DNA of 64,000 nucleotides from positions 1,364,001 to 1,428,000 of the forward strand of contig JAYWIR010000040.1 in NCBI GenBank assembly GCA_036172245.1. Reading direction: 5' to 3'. The DNA is from Raillietiella orientalis. Lineage: Eukaryota. Below the pieces are notes generated by a model. That model saw only the letters and a program-made list of their open reading frames with translations. It did not search any database and was not told the origin of the DNA. Every line of letters starts with the position of its first letter. Positions within the stretch are counted from its first letter, which is position 1. This document shows, one piece after another, positions 49,945 to 62,174 of the stretch. The position numbers and the translations under genes are program-made.

Positions 49945-52849
49945 GTGCACTTGAAAAGCTCTCTCCAAATGAGTAGTTTCCAATGAGAAACCAATGATTC
50001 AAACAGTGTCTCCAGCCTAATGCTTCTTCATAAGTATGAAAGCAAAAGTATAATCATGCACTAAGAAGAGAGTACGGATGACTTGAAAAAAGGCACTGAA
50101 GATCAATTATGTTTTTGGTTATTTAGTGTTACCTATGAAAGTTAGGATCAACTTTCGGATTCGATAAAAGAATTTTAAGTAGGAAGATCTCCTTTACAAG
50201 AAAAGTAATATCATTATTTAGTGAAAATCGGAAATTTGGAGAAATTCTCTGAACGCACGTGCAAATTACATTTTCATCAAAATTGAGCATCCAATAAGTG
50301 AGACATCCGTTTTATATTTGTGAGCGATACAGCACCCATATGAGTATTCATATTCATATTTTTTTTTGTCTTTCTGGAATATCAAATCGTTTCAGAGAAA
50401 GGGTCCAGGAGTTTTCTTAATGTACTATCAAATCTTATTTAAAAAGAAACGCGCACAATACCTTCATTGATCTCCTTGCATCTAAAAGTGCTAAGAAAAT
50501 ATCACGATGAAATTCTTGTATCATCGTACTCATTACAATTAATCAAGATGCCTTCGGGGTGGTGACTGGCATAAAATCATTATTGTAGGACGCATTCAGG
50601 TCAGATGGTGAAACAATCTTTCACTAAGCAAAAATAATAGATCATGAGACGTGCTCTTTTAGCAAATATTCTCATGCTGCATAGAAAATGCAAGTTCGAA
50701 AGATATATTTCGAGAAATATCCGAGTTATGCACGGTGCACCTGGAACCTAGGAATTCGTTAGTGGAACATGAAGACCTCTGAGAATGACCTTTGATGGTA
50801 TACATGAGAGATAATAGTATTCATGATCGACATCTTCAGCTGGGAAATACAAAGAACTGCATGAGCAGATCGTCTTTAACAAAGGTCGAAATCTTAGGCA
50901 GAAGGAATCATTTGGGAACGTCGAACAAACGCTCCATCTGATCAAAGCAGTAGCTGTAGAAACAGCAGTGAATGCGTAGGACATTGCATTCAACATCTAC
51001 ATGAGAGAAGATAAGTACGAACCTCAGAATGGCAACTTTCAAAATTCTGTGAAGTGAGAGAAGAATGGTTGGTATCTGAAGGCTCAAGTAAAAGGACTTT
51101 AAAGGAACTGTGATCGATCGGATTCCTGATTAATCTGATGGCACCTCTTCGGAATTTGTTAACGAAGAGTCCTCAAGCTAAACACCTTACGATGAGTATG
51201 CTGCTCTCGTGCCTAGGTCATGAACCTCACAGTCAGTGTACAATCAAAAAGCTTGCAATTTATTGGGTGCGAATTGGGGGCAGTTCGAGACAGACGCAGT
51301 TTCGGAGAGCATTCAAAATCTGGACTTGAAGAAGTTACTTATTAAGTTTGTGGTTCCCAGCCCACAGAACGATGCATCTAGGCGAACATCTTTGATCAGC
51401 AAGGGCAACAAATTGCATCCTACTTGCTGATCATAGAAAAATCTGGAAATCAAGAATACTGTCTGATTTTATGTATTCGGATCGAGAATCAGGAACGCAG
51501 AGTTCGTCGGAATGAAAGAGCCGGAGTAAAGACCAATGTATTTCCGTAACTGTCACAGGAGATCGTGGCTCTTGATGGCACCTATTAATCACAGGCTACT
51601 GAGCATTGCTAGCGAAGGATGCACGCAACCCCAAAATTCACGGGCAGTTCCCTACGGAAATCTTCGAAGCAGAGAGCGAAATGGGAGGCGAATTTCAAAC
51701 CGATTACAGTCCTAACTGGGGTAACAACAGGACCTAAAGTGCGATTAGTTACATGCGTAGAGCCAACGAAAGATTGCTGTATCTGATAAGGATTTTTTTT
51801 TTTTAAAAAAAAAGAAAAAAAAACGCCCCCAAAACATCTGATAGGATAGTGATAGGCAAGCTTTCTATCTGTTGGCACAATACGTTCCTAATCACATGCA
51901 TATTTGGAGAAAGGATCTTGGTACCAGGATGACAAAGAAAGTGTATGCAAAAGGCAAATGTATAATACGAAGGGGAAAAAGTGACTGTGGAGGAGGCTGT
52001 TTGACGTGGATTCCGCTTCTTGATGCCATCTTCCTCGTTCTGAGGCTTCTTGCTCGTGTGTTTGTTCCGACTTCAGCGCCCAGGCGCCAGGACATCCTTC
52101 ACGCCTTTCCTTCCTTTACTATGAAGCGTAAAACACTCTTTCTGGGAATCCTCGTCCTTCCAGCAGAGGGATCTCGATGCCAGCTCGAAGAAGATAAAAA
52201 CGACTCGGTTGGACCCGATTGCAATCCCGGATCCCATTTCCTTCCCAACGAGCCGTGTATGGCCAATGCTCTCTTCAGCTGCAGAACCCACGATAACATC
52301 GAAATCAGCCTTTGATCTGGACACGCTGGCGGTGTTCCTGTTCCATACTTTTTGGTTTTCTTCTTTAGGGACGCGCGAATCCGCTTTCCGCCGCGCGTGT
52401 TGTGGTTCCGGAAGAATCGGCCTTCGTCCGTTTTCCAGAAATGGACTTGCAAACGCACGTTGTACAGCTGTATACCTCCTCAAGGAGAACCTAAAATCTC
52501 ATTGAAATGCGAGGTTCCACTTTTCTTTTTTTTCTTTTTTTACCCCGCTTAACCTAGGCCTGGGTTCTGAGGTTTCTTCACTTCGCGAAGGAACCGTTCC
52601 TTGAGGTTGATTCTTTCCTGCTCCGTCATGGGTTGGCTTTGCAAGTTAGACTCGGATGCAGGGTGCAGTGAAATGGACCGATCACGCAGAACATCGACTC
52701 GAATTGGGGAATCAACGAGCAAATAAGGAAATGAAGTCCGGTTCAAAATTGGGCGTCCACCGAGGGGCACACAACCCACCTAAAAAGGGAACCTGCAAAT
52801 GTGTCGTCGTGTTTTGAAATCGCTTCAACGGTCTTCCCTTCCCATGCTG

Positions 52850-53140
52850 GCAACAGGATGTGACGTTTTCCCTTGGATTCATAACAATGAAATCTACTAG
52901 TAGAAATTTTAATTAGAATGGAATTTAGAAGGGCAAAAAATAGTGTCGTTGCTCCTCTGATATATATTTTTTTCCCTTCAACTTGAGTGTAATGCAGCAA
53001 TTTAATGCCGCCCAAATTAAAATTCCTACGAGTGGATTTCATTGTTATGAATTCAAGGGAAAACGTCACATCCTGTTGCTGCATTACATTCAAGTTGAAA
53101 GGAAAAAAAAAAAAAATGTCGTTGTGCCTCTGATATATAT
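52850..53140. repeat. Rearranged local duplication with nested inverted and direct repeats
   Basis: About 65-bp arm 52851-52914 is inverted at 53016-53077; about 28-bp block 52973-53000 is inverted at 53075-53102; tgtcgttg..cctctgatatata is repeated directly at about 52944 and 53117. Confidence 0.85.
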
Positions 53141-54199
53141 ACATATATTGTTTGAAAATAAAAAGAAAAAAAACTGGCATTTAGAAACTGTACGATTCCA
53201 TTAAGTTGGACAGAAGGATCATTCGGAGTTTCGTGTCGGCCTTGCTGCAATGCTCTTTCTATAAAAGGCAAATTAGTTCTCAGGGCTGAATTTGGTTGCT
53301 CGACACAGAAACAGAATTTCTGTGCTTGCAAGATAACTATTACAAAATGAATTCGAAAAACGATTTTCTTAGTGTTTATTAGTTTTCACTGGTTAATAGT
53401 AGTTTGCTTTTAAGTTTACTTTCACTGGAACATCCCCCTCCCCCCAAACTGTTAAGCTCGAAAAAGGGCCTTCCCCTAAATACTTCAAACAATTAACACG
53501 TAAAAACACGGGATCCCTCCCCTCCCCACTGACTAAAAGCAAGACAGTACGTGTTGACATGATTTCGTCCCAGAATCCCAGAATGTTAACTCCACGGTCC
53601 AGTAAGGGAAAAACAATCTGGCAACCTTTTTTTCCCAGTCGAAAACGAAACACACGCAGTGAGCAATCGCGAACCGGAAGCATCACTAAAGATTCCGTCA
53701 AGGAGATATCCTAGAGCATTTATGGGACCTTCAAGAAAATTTTACTCAATCTGCTAGGGACTAAAAAATTTTCAGTGGTAAACCCTTGTGTTGCAGGAAG
53801 CTTGCCACTGAAGGTATGCTGCCGTGTTGTGGAGGCGGGGTGGATTTCCATCCTGGCTCGAACTACCGCACACACTGAAATAACTCCTCTCAAGATGGCT
53901 GAAAAGCATTCGATTTCTGTTCCTGTGCCTTTTCCACCACCGAGCGCGGTGTACCAAAGTGAACTGGCAACAGGATTGCCACCGGAACACTTTGCTGCCA
54001 CAACCCAGGTGGAAAATGGATTCCGCAAGCACTTCCGGCGAGCCAAGTGTGCCCCCGTCATTTTATGGAGCGGGGAACCTCACGTTTCGAAAGTGCGAGC
54101 ACGGTGAGCAGAAATTGGGGCAGCTCTTACTTTTCCACGACATCCGAGCGTGTAAAACGCAGCCTAGGAAAGGCACAACAGGGGCAGGAAAACAAAAAA

Positions 54200-54698
54200 A
54201 TACACACACACACACACACACACACAAAAGAAGGCAACAACCCGCAGATTTTTGGCAACACAACGATAAATAACCAGCGGCTCTTATCGTGGTGCGAAAT
54301 GTAAACGGACGCGGATTTAGCATATACACACGCGCGCGCGCGCGCGCGCGCAGCCGTGCTGGAAAAGTACACCTCACCGTCTGCCCGTCGACATGCCAGT
54401 CTGGCCGACATGGGCTCCAGCCGACATGCTGCGGCCGACGACGTATTTTCTCTGCCGGATGAGGAGGCCCTGGATTCGCGACACCGCGCGAAAAAGGTGA
54501 AGACCGAACACGGCGTCGCACCTGGGGCGTGCGCGGCGCCTTTGCACACGGTTTCGACGAAGTGGTGTTGGGGTGTTGGGGAAAGGCACCTGGAACTCCC
54601 GAGTTTGAGCGAGCCCGAGTCCATCCTGAAGAGAACTCGACGCGGCAAGAGCAAACGGAAAAAAAATACCCACCACCACCACCGCCACCACCACCATC

Positions 54699-54730
<32 letters not shown>

Positions 54731-54740
54731 CAACAACAAA
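54200..54740. repeat. Microsatellite cluster: (CA)n, (GC)n, (CAC)n(CAA)n
   Basis: (CA)n at about 54202-54226, (CG)n at about 54331-54351, (CAC)n then (CAA)n at about 54670-54739. Confidence 0.9.
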
Positions 54741-56383
54741 GTGATGGGAAACATATGGACGTGCACACTGTGCACCAGAGTCATCGATTCTGCACGTGTT
54801 CTGGTAGCCAAGAGGCATTTGATACAAGCACTTGAGAACGTGCATCAGACAGCCAGCCGCGATTGGCTGAACCATCTGGTGAGGAAAAAAGTTTGTCTCA
54901 ATTAGTGATCTTCTCATAAACCTGTTCCGGGTGTTTTGCTTCTGCGGTGTGAGAGAAAGAAAACGGAAAGCTGTGTGCGTGCGTGCGTGTGTGTGCGCAT
55001 GTGATGGTGAGGAGGAGGAGGAGGAGGATGTACCGACCGTGCTCTTTCATGGCGCTGGCGTTTCAAATCGGCTGCCCCTTTCGTCGCTGAGCCGCGCTCG
55101 AGACGGAACCGAAAAACGCTCCCGTGCCCGAACAAGAAGAAACGCCTTGGTAACGGGCTCTCTTCCCGCATGGGGACCAAGGTTCGAGCCGATTCCTCCG
55201 AGGCGAAACCGCGGCGGAAAAAAATCCACCCGTCCCGCTCGCGGGATGACGATGGTGGGCTCTCCGTGCCCGGCGGGCCTCGCGTGTCGAACCCGTGGCA
55301 CACATCGGAATCGCAGTGAGGACGCGACTGTGGTCTCCGAGCTTGCCCCCACCGTGCACGTCGGGAGCACTCGCGCCGGTTGCCAGGCTCACCGGATGCT
55401 GCGCGGGCTGGGCTTATCCGAGGCATCTTTCGAACCGCGCTGCAGATCTCGCGACCTGCCGTGTGTGGTGGTGTTTAGCCGATGGCACTGCGAAGGCGAA
55501 CCGGCTTCGTGTGTGAAGCAAGAGAGATCCATCACACATTTTCCAAGGGAGCTTTTCCGTTCCGCCGCTTTGCGACATTCGCGCTGACGTTTCGAACGAA
55601 TCCGAATCCACGGTCTCCGAATTCATCCCTTTCTTGCAAGTGCCAGGTATTCTTTTCACTTTACCGTGCAGCAGCGAAAATCCTCCAAAAAAAAGAAAGC
55701 AAGAAAAAGGAGCGTCGAGGATGAAAAAAAAAAAAAAAAAAGGATCCTCATACGAATGTCTGAAGCAAGCCGTGGAGCAAAGGACAGAGTATCCGTGGAT
55801 TCTTTGCAAAAACGTAAAGTGTTGCCAGACGGTCCACCAGAGGGCGTTGGAGCGGAACGAGCTCTCTCAGACCACTCTTGGGGATGGGGCCCTGTTTTCG
55901 TGAACCAAGCCTTCCAGAAGATTTGACACGGGATTCAAGCTGATTCCTGTTAAAACACGAAAAGGCGGGAAACCATTTGCTTTGGGCTTCCCCTCGTGAG
56001 AGCGGACCCAAGGTCCGGTCACGAGATTCGAATGACAAGACATGTTTGGAACCACTTTCGCATCTCTCAGTTGACGAGGCTCTCCTCAGGGGGGCAGATG
56101 GATCAGGAGTCGCTTCCAGCCTCTGGGTGCATGCAAAGTTTTTCATCCGGAGAGCTGAAGCATCTCGAATCTGCCTGCGGGAGGGGGGCAAGCAGAGAAA
56201 CCCCTGGCCACAGTGGATGGGTTGCTTGCTTCCTCATGTTTTTGCTTCTTATCCGTCCACGCATCAGGGGAGACTTCAGATGGAGGGCAGGGCTGTCCAC
56301 TGGTGGCTTCTCTGCACGTGTGGACTCCGCTGGCTGCCCAACCTGCGACTGACTTGCCACCTTCTTCCTTGTTCGGAAACCGC

Positions 56384-56424
<41 letters not shown>

Positions 56425-58119
56425 CCCTCAAGCGCCCCGCGTGATCTGAAGTGACTCCGCCCGACTTCTCACATAATACGATGAGATATCCTTTGGAATT
56501 GCCGACTGCCCGAAAGTATTTTTAAGTTTTTCCTCTTCCCGCATTCCTGCTGCTGCTGCTGCAAAAAAAAAAAAAAAAACGGAGAATGTCGTCACGGCTG
56601 AGTCCCACTGTTGGTCCCTAACCTAAAATATGTATATTCTGGGTTTGTTCGAAAGTTTCCAGCGTTCCCTGAAATCCTCATTAGCAAAGGAACTGAACGT
56701 CAGGGCCAATACGAAAGCTCAGCGGTAAGCTGTAATAAATGCCGAAGATCTTGCGGCCATGGCACTGCATCCGTGAAAAGAAGAAAGGGAGGGGAGGGGG
56801 GGAGGGTTGGAACGAAACCACAGCAACCACGAGAGATCAGAAAAACTTTCCAGCATCAATCCGGCTGAGCGTCATTCTATTCCCCATTCCTCTCTCCTAG
56901 GAGTCTCGAGATCAAATTGTGGGTATCATGTGTCGTTACAATTTACAGACGCCGCAGGAAATGCTTTGCCAAGGAAACCCGCGCGCGCGCATACGTTCGT
57001 TTCTATTCAGGGGCCTCAAGCAGTCCCTCCCAAGTTGAAAAATGCCCTTCTTCGAGATGGGCTGCTTTCTTGATGGGCCTCCCTCGCCGGTGACGCAGCA
57101 CGTTTTCGGGTAAGGGAGACTTTGTTGTTTGGGCAACTTTTCGAAACATGAGATGCTGCTGAAGGAAAGCCTGCATGGAGGAGGCGAAGAAATTCCAAAG
57201 GGAGCGAACCGAAGGGAAACCCGATCTCGAAACTTCTATCCTGGCTCTCCTTGCCAAATGTTCCTCCCGGCTGTTGACAGTCGTGGAGGAGGAAATGGAA
57301 AAACGGCTGACTGCCCACACGCGACCGAAAATGCCCTTCGTCCAGGAAGGGCTGAACAGAAGAAGCCTCCGGGAAAGATGCTCTCCCCCAGCACGCGTGC
57401 TTCGTGTGTCGGCACTGCACGCGCCGTTTGTGAGCCCCGAGGGAAGGAAAGGAAAGGGCCCTTTCGGGAAGCGCTGAAGACAAAACGCTGGGGGTGCCGC
57501 TGAGATCCTCTTGTCCTCGAGCGGAGAACTACCCATTTCCTTTTCCTGCGTCCCATGCTGCGTACAAATAGGCGCATTTGTTCCGGCGGTTCCGTGTGGC
57601 TGTACAGGGCTAGGGTGTTCACTAGGGAGTTTCATTTCACCGCTTTCGTACAGATTCGAAATCCGCCTGTACAGTTGAAACGGAAACCGCGGAGCGAACC
57701 GAACCAGGAGCCACGTGTTGTTGGACTTCGGGACATTTGAACTTTGGTCAGGATTGCTTGAGGGTCGGTCTGCTTGGCTGTTGCTTCGTGGGCAAGCAGC
57801 GCCTGCCGCGTACACGTGACGAGCGAGCCCTTCCGATGCAAACACGTCTCGTTATGGAGTACGCGCATGTGCACACGGAATTCAACTGTGTGTGTGTACA
57901 CAGGGGTCACGTTGTATCACATATGTAAGGTGGGAAGATGATGCCTTCCCACGAGAGCGTGGCAGGACCTTCAGTAAGCCGTTCGTGCATTTCACTGTTC
58001 TGTACACAGTCAGAACTGGATTGTTTATTTATTTTCACATTAAATTTGATGGATTTTATCGTGCCTACATCGATATGGTTTCTTATGGCATAGTAGGTAA
58101 TTAACATGTATGTATATAT

Positions 58120-59086
58120 AATGCAAAGGTGTCAGCTGCTTGCACAGAATCGTATGGAAAAAGTGCACAAAAAACGAGCGTGCGCGCATGCATACACATA
58201 CCCACCCACCCATCCACCCACGCATGTATATGAATCCTACTATTTATTGCACACTATAAATACTTTCATTACTTTCCGTACGCAGTGTTTAAGTGCCTCG
58301 TGCTTTTGTGTAAGCAGACGTGGACATGTGTGGCTGATTACGAAGTTGTAGGGACCGTTCCGATTTGGTTTCCATGGATCGAGGAAGTGCACCTGAAAAC
58401 ACGCAGACATCAGGGGTGATCACCGGAAGCCGCGGGCACACCGCCCGGCTCATTCATGCTCAGGCTGGCTGGTCCTTCCAGAAACGAGAGTTGGGGAGGC
58501 AGGGGGGGGGGGAAGTGTTTATATTTATCCCCACGCTAATTTTACAGGCGCTCAGAATGCCAGGCTGGCTGCAGACATTCCACCGTGTATTCACCTCTTT
58601 GCCGGCTGCAGACTCGACGTTGCCGCCGTCTTGGAATCCACGCGCGGTGGGGGGCATCGCCCCTTCGGGAGAGCCCCTCCGAGCAATCGCTGCCTCTTTT
58701 TTCAGGAGGCCTGCTGTGGTGCGCGCGTACGGTTCCCCCGTCAGGAACTGTACACAGAGTGTGGAAGCTTTTTCCCCCTTTTCGTCATTTTTTCCTTCTT
58801 GAGCTGACCCGTTGATACGACGGCGGCGCCGGAAGCGATTTCGTCTTCCGTTGACGAAAAGATAGATGAGAGACACCCTGCCTCGCAGAAATCCTCCAGG
58901 GAGGAAGGAAGAGCAGTGAATCGTTGCTGTTCAGATCTCGCTATCTATCTGTCTATTAATGAATACACGTAATACAAAGCTGTCAGCTGCTCACATGCAA
59001 TCGTATGGAAAAAGTGCACAAAAAGTGAGCGTGCGCGCGTGCATACACATAACCACCCCCCACCCCCCCACACACATATATGAATC
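58120..59086 (+). repeat. About 110-bp diverged direct repeats flanking about 740 bp
   Basis: gtcagctgct...aatcgtatggaaaaagtgcacaaaaa...gagcgtgcgcgc..gcatacacata...tatatgaatc at about 58120-58236 and 58970-59086. Confidence 0.85.
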
Positions 59087-59499
59087 TCTGATAATGCTGA
59101 AATCTTGTAACAGTCGAAAGGGTTCCTTTAATTTTCAATATCAGTTAAAAATCAAATAATGATAATTTTGATTGATGTACGGTTGATGTGCATGCACGCA
59201 GGCGCGCACACGGCAGACCACCGTACGAACGAGAAAAAATGGCTACTTGTAACGTACAAAGTGGTAAACCAGTCACGTACAACACTCTGTAGGTAAATTT
59301 TAATTTTGTGGCAGTGTGTGAGCTCAAGAGTGTGTGTGTGTGTGTGTGTGTGCGTTTTTAAAAAGTGCAAACACGTGATTTAAGTAGGCTTAATTCTATT
59401 TGAGTCGTGGCTGCACTGTAGCGCAAGAAGATACGTTTTTCGACAACGAGAACGAGCTGAAATTATAGAATTGTTTCAATTGCATCAACGGAATTCTAA

Positions 59500-59800
59500 A
59501 AGCTTTTTTCCTTCTTCTTTTTTTTACGTTGATATCAGCGAGTATGATGGATGATGTGTTTTTTGTGAATACTATCATGTTATCGGTGTATACCCCACAG
59601 GGCTCGTATAACGCGGAACTCGTCCCCGCTTTACGCGCGCTCGTGAGTATATATACATCTGCATGTGTACATAATTTTCGAATAATGGGTGCAGGTGAGA
59701 TATCTTTGAACAAAGGTGAGGTTGACGAGATATCTCGAGCTCTGTTATGACTTATCGCGCTCCGTGAAAATCTCGAACCACGGCTGCTGCTCTCATTTCG
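59500..59800 (+). mobile_element. Degenerate LINE APE-endonuclease fragment
   Basis: IMLSVYTPQG...FRIMGAGEISLN resembles the RTE pattern ISVYAPQxG...IIGGDFN; the frame is interrupted by stops. Confidence 0.4.
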
Positions 59801-62060
59801 TAGCGAATCGAAGGCGGACATCCACATGTGGACCAAACCACATGCCCGGAGGGAAAATCCCTTTTCCTTTCGCCGCAGCGCGGCGGTCTCCATGCCGTGA
59901 AGGAGGCGAATCCGTTCCAGTTCGCCATCACAGCGCTCCGGTGGCACTTCTCGGGATGGCGCTCCGGTGGTCGGGCACCGGGTGCTGCCGTCACCGGAAC
60001 GAAATTCCGACCGCAGGATCCGCTTCTCTCCTTGTTTGTCCGGGAGTGAGATCCATAGCGCGATCGCCCTCGTGCCACGCGACCAAGGTCCAGTCTTGAG
60101 CTTCCCTGAGCTGAGAGAGGAAGGTCTCGGGTGGTCTCGGTGTTCGTCGACCTCGCCGCCTGCTGCCGCGGAGCGGACGTCTGCGGCAGCGCAGACGCTC
60201 ACGGTCTCTTCCGTGCCTCCGCTCCGCGCACCGCTGAGGCGAGTCGTCGTCGTCCTTGCAACAGGACGAGAGCCCTCCCTCCCCCCCTCCCTTCCCGCCC
60301 TGTGCGTGGCTTCGGAGCACTCTCTCGGTTCCAGGACTCGCGTCTCTCCTCCTCGACGTGCCTCCCGCCCGTTTCCGCGCTTTCAGTCCGCGAGGTGCGT
60401 CGTTGTCGTCGTTCTTCGGCGACCTCTGCCGGGCGGAGCAGCTCGTCAGGGCTGTCTGCATGCGTGCCGGGGCATCGGCTCGGGGAAAGGAGGGGTCTCC
60501 CTCAAGCTGGACGGCGCTTCCTGGGGCAAATACGCGAAAAAACAAGGCAACACGTTCTCAGGGAACGTGTGTTGCCTTGTGTTCCTGGAGGAAGTACTGC
60601 CGACCCTGAGGAATCGTGTGGGAGGCAGGACCCCCTTGGGCCAGGAGAGAGGGTGGCCGGAGGCGCTGGATGCAGGGGAGATCGAACTCGTTCCAAGGGG
60701 AGCCGCGTCAGACTCCGATGCGATCGGAGCTCCAAGTGGACTGGCGCTGGCGTTCCGTAAACGCGCCCTCCTCGTAGGGCAGGAATTCATTCCGAAAGAG
60801 GACAAGGAAAGCGCGCGAGAATCACCCAAAGGAAATTTTCGGGACCCCTCTTTCCTAAATGCTAGTGTGTCGGCGAAGCGCCGCTGATTCCCGGCGTCGC
60901 GGCAGCTGGCAGATCCAGCGAATCTCATTGGGCGGGTCTCAGTTTCCAGAGTGATGGATGCTGTCTTCCGCCGTGCCAATCTTTCCGTTACTGGGCAGAA
61001 CGTGCGCTCTTCCCTGGTTCCTCGCTCCCTCCTCCTCCTCTGCTCGGGACCAGGGGAGCAAGCGCCTCTCCTTGCCCGTGGCGAGGCCGGAACGCCGTGG
61101 ATGGGTCGGCGTTCGCTCTCCAGCGCTCCCGCCGCCGTTCGCTGGAACCGCACTGCCTCCCAGGAAAAACGGGCGCTCGCCCCCCCCCCCCGCCTTTGGT
61201 TCCTGCCCTGCCCACCGTGGGGCGGAAGTCTCGCTCGGCGGTGCGTCCGAACCTATGCGACACTCGCCTGCGGGTTTACAAGCACGTGATGGGGCCGACT
61301 GGTGGACTCGTGCACGGGTCAGAGAGAGAGTCTGCCCTCCCCATCTCCACTCTTCGTCGTTCCTGCCATCAACCTCTCTGGACGTGGATTCGCGTGCCGT
61401 GCGACCACACGATTTCGGCTCTCGCGGCACAGCATCCTCCGGAATGGACCTCGGATTGCTTCCCCAAACGGGGGGGACTGCGGCCGAGTTTCCTTCTCTC
61501 CACCGGGTGGCGCCCGTCTCTCCCTCCGATCCAAGTCGGGTCTCCTCGAAGGTCACGTTCTGGTTGTCCGAGGCGTGTCGCTCTCCAGCCTCCTGGGAAC
61601 TACACCGCCAACTCCCCGCGCACGGAACCAAACGGGAACGACCTGCGAAGGGCGATCCTCCCGTTGCCGCGTATTCCCGAGGATGACAGCGGCAGGAAGA
61701 AGCGGCCCACAACAAGGAAGGCAAATTAGAAGGAAAAAAATAAAAAGGTGGAGTCGGCAATTTGGGGGTGGGGGGCAACGGCCACTCGTAGGCGCACCCT
61801 CTTCCGGCGCACTATTGGGGGTCCCTCACGAGGCACGCATTCCTGCCAAGCCGCTTCCGCCTTCCCCCCCAGATGCAATACATCCCTTTCTCGGCGAAAC
61901 GACCCGCGGGCATTTTCCCGGGAAGGCGAAATGTGGCGCGGTCTCCTCCGCCACGTGCTCGGGTTGTCTTGACGCCTAGCCCGCGCACCCGGGCCCAGCC
62001 AAAATGTTTTGACACGTTTTTTTTTTTTTTTTTGGCTTCGTGTTCTTCCGCCCTGCAAAG

Positions 62061-62174
62061 GCTCGAGATGTTTACAACGTCCGCGATTTCCAAGAGCTGT
62101 TCGAGCTGTTTGAAGACCAGCGCCATCTTGACATTCCTGAAGTGAATTGCGATCTCGGTGACGCCGACAGTAAG
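62061..62174 (+). CDS. Putative isolated internal exon of an unidentified gene
   Basis: Long T-rich tract with aag acceptor, donor AAG|gttagt, 114 nt phase 0-0, protein-like translation ARDVYNVRDFQELFELFEDQRHLDIPEVNCDLGDADSK. Confidence 0.45.

Noticed and set aside
54356..54835. 159-aa ORF with poly-His/poly-Gln, resembling a transcription factor
   Set aside because: The tract is a (CAC)n(CAA)n microsatellite among other microsatellites; no recognisable domain.
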